From NCBI GenBank assembly GCA_040905425.1, contig JBBDRO010000105.1, forward strand, positions 1-30,632: 30,632 nucleotides of DNA, in the 5' to 3' direction. The DNA comes from Gemmatimonadota bacterium (lineage in GTDB: Bacteria > Gemmatimonadota > Gemmatimonadetes > Longimicrobiales > RSA9). Of the stretch, positions 29,029-30,632 are shown piece after piece; the first letter of the stretch is position 1; each line of letters opens with the position of its first letter. The notes beneath the pieces are model-generated. The model made no database searches and had not been told where the DNA came from. It worked only from the letters and a program-made list of their open reading frames with translations. The position numbers were made by a program, and so were the translations under genes.

Positions 29029-29118
29029 TTTTCCACGCTTGTGGATACCCCCGAAAGGGCGCGTGTATCCATCCTTCCGGGGATTCTCCACAGGGCCGTG
29101 TGGAAAAGACGGGGAAAA
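29029..29118. promoter_or_regulatory. Cluster of DnaA-box-like 9-mers upstream of the nrdJ promoter
   Basis: TTTTCCACG 29029, TGTGGATAC 29040, TTCTCCACA 29084, TGTGGAAAA 29099, weaker GTATCCATC 29065 and CGGGGAAAA 29110; consensus TTWTNCACA. Confidence 0.65.
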
Positions 29119-29372
29119 CCGGCGCGTCCCGTGAACACCCCCACCGTCCGGTTGCAAGCGACGACGCCGCGCCACCTTCGAGCGCGGGTCCGCACCCACA
29201 TCCGCTGCTCAGGGTTGCACCGTGCGCGGGTCCGCACGGACCCGCGCCGCGCGGTCCAGTAGCGTGGCGAAGCGGGCGGCTGGACCAGGTGTTGTGTAGC
29301 CGAATTCCCGTTGCATTCGGCTGCATGACACTAGCGTGCCTCGCGCGCGGCGGCAGCCCGGCGTGCGGAGAC

Positions 29373-30632
29373 TCAGAAGGAGGCGCCGACCCGCACGTGG
29401 AAGACGGGCTCGCGGCCGGGACCGCGCAGGGGGAAGGCGGTACCGAAGCGCAGCCGCACCACTTGCCGGAAGCCCAGCGCGGCGTCCAGCACCAGCTCGC
29501 CGCCGGTGCTCACCAGGACGCCCGGCGGCCCGCACGTGACGGGCGCCGGCCGCGCAGGGCAGTCCGCACCGCCCGCGTCGGCGAACGCGGTGGCGGACAC
29601 CCGGTCCAGGAAGATCGGCAGCAGGCGCACGCCACGCCCCACCAGGGCGAGCGGGACGCGCAGCTCAGCGCTGGCGGTCCACGCCCGCGTGCCCGCCCGG
29701 TCCCCCTCCTCGAAGCCGCGCACCGGCAGCAGCAGCGAGGCCTCCTGTTCCAGGCCGCCCAGCGCCAGCCCCACCCCACCCGAGGCGCCGCCGATGCCGG
29801 TGGGGCGCGCCCCGCCACCCTGGCGCAGCAGCCCGCTCGCGCGCCCCGCCAGCACCGCGTCGGCGAACCCCACCCGCCCCAGCCCCACGTAGGCGGCGGC
29901 CGAGCCCAGCGCCTCCCGATAGCCGCCCTCGGCGTCCGGCTCCTCCTCCATGTCCCAGCGCTGGCGCAGCGCCGCGCCCACGCTCACGCCGTCCTGCCGG
30001 CTGATGCCCAGCGCGTGCACCTGGTAGTCGGCATAGCCGGCGCGCAGCACGGCCCCCAGCAGCCGGTCATCCGGGTTGCGCAGTCGATGCTCCCCCGCCG
30101 CCTCCATGACCCGGTGGCGACGCACCAGCTCGGGCCCGGCCGAGACGGTGAGCGAGCGGCGCCAGCGCTGCCACGGGACGGCCGCCAGCAGCGCCAGGCG
30201 GTCCTCCCGCGAGAGGACGTCGCGCTCGGAGCCGTCGGGCAGCACCGCGCGGCCGATCCAGTCCCATTCGCGCTCCGCTCTGAGCGTGAGTACCGGGCGA
30301 CCGAGCCCGGCCCACTCCCACGCGGCCAGCCCCTGCCACAGACCATCGGCCGGGTTGACGGCGGCCCACGCCTGCCACCGGTGCCGCCCCACCAGGTCCG
30401 CGCCGGCGCTGGCCATGCCCAGGAAGGTGCCGGCGCGGCCGCCGTCCAGGATCACCGGGGACCAGAAGGCGGCGCGTGCGTGGCGCAGCGCACGGTAGGG
30501 CCGCGCCGGACCGGCCAGCGTGTCCACCGCCTGCGGGTCCGTAGGAACGGCGCTCGCGCCGGGGCTCGTCGCGGTCCCGGTCCCGGTCGCGGTCCCGGTC
30601 GCGGTCCCGGTCGCGGTCCCGGTCGCTCCGGG
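29373..30632 (-). CDS. Omp85/BamA-TamA-like outer-membrane beta-barrel protein, C-terminal part (5' end outside the window)
   Basis: Frame is open to the window edge. Amphipathic beta strands, PVRGF motif, ASAELRVPL, FADAGG, C-terminal Phe (VGASF). Confidence 0.8.
   Translation of the reverse strand, partial: PGATGTATGTATGTATGTGTATSPGASAVPTDPQAVDTLAGPARPYRALRHARAAFWSPVILDGGRAGTFLGMASAGADLVGRHRWQAWAAVNPADGLWQGLAAWEWAGLGRPVLTLRAEREWDWIGRAVLPDGSERDVLSREDRLALLAAVPWQRWRRSLTVSAGPELVRRHRVMEAAGEHRLRNPDDRLLGAVLRAGYADYQVHALGISRQDGVSVGAALRQRWDMEEEPDAEGGYREALGSAAAYVGLGRVGFADAVLAGRASGLLRQGGGARPTGIGGASGGVGLALGGLEQEASLLLPVRGFEEGDRAGTRAWTASAELRVPLALVGRGVRLLPIFLDRVSATAFADAGGADCPARPAPVTCGPPGVLVSTGGELVLDAALGFRQVVRLRFGTAFPLRGPGREPVFHVRVGASF
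30570..30626 (-). repeat. 12-bp tandem repeat (GCGACCGGGACC)n encoding an Ala-Thr-Gly-Thr linker
   Basis: Plus strand ggtcccggtcgc about 4.5 times with one 6-bp slip. In frame it reads PGATGTATGTATGTATGTGTATSP. Confidence 0.9.

Noticed and set aside
28843..29372. Cobalamin riboswitch or oriC upstream of nrdJ
   Set aside because: I saw no B12-box or conserved riboswitch core, no AT-rich unwinding element, and no dnaA/dnaN neighbours.
30570..30626. CRISPR-like array
   Set aside because: Contiguous 12-bp units with no spacers, in frame within a CDS; no cas genes.

Overview
Very GC-rich bacterial chromosomal segment. Gene content and style suggest Gemmatimonadota or another FCB-related lineage (inference). 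It is mostly core genes on the minus strand, many with overlapping stop/start codons. Reading right to left: 3' part of an Omp85/BamA-like barrel gene with an (ATGT)n linker repeat; class II B12-dependent ribonucleotide reductase nrdJ carrying a 376-aa LAGLIDADG intein at its catalytic Cys, preceded by a sigma70 promoter, an NrdR box and DnaA-box-like sites; apbE and a small lipoprotein (+); a hypothetical gene; a secreted S8 protease with a FlgD/T9SS-like tail; rnd (+); amidohydrolase, pyk, MBL hydrolase, pgi, class IV aminotransferase; a sensor-less histidine pseudokinase and a sigma54 response regulator; YtxH, YihY, smpB, amidase, TPR lipoprotein, pyrD, pyrF, a small exported protein, mscS, cysS; tRNA-Thr(TGT), tRNA-Gly(TCC), tRNA-Thr(GGT) and the start of tuf. 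I found no CRISPR array, prophage or IS element. Best leads: (1) a promoter-driven ~205-nt RNA with two tandem three-way junctions and repeated CUGAUAC motifs before tRNA-Thr/tuf, in a cluster lacking the usual tRNA-Tyr; (2) a ChpT-like pseudokinase paired with a sigma54 activator; (3) the nrdJ intein and its NrdR/DnaA control region; (4) dense D-(S/T)-(A/L/T) glycosylation-type sequons in exported proteins. All calls were made by eye without database searches.
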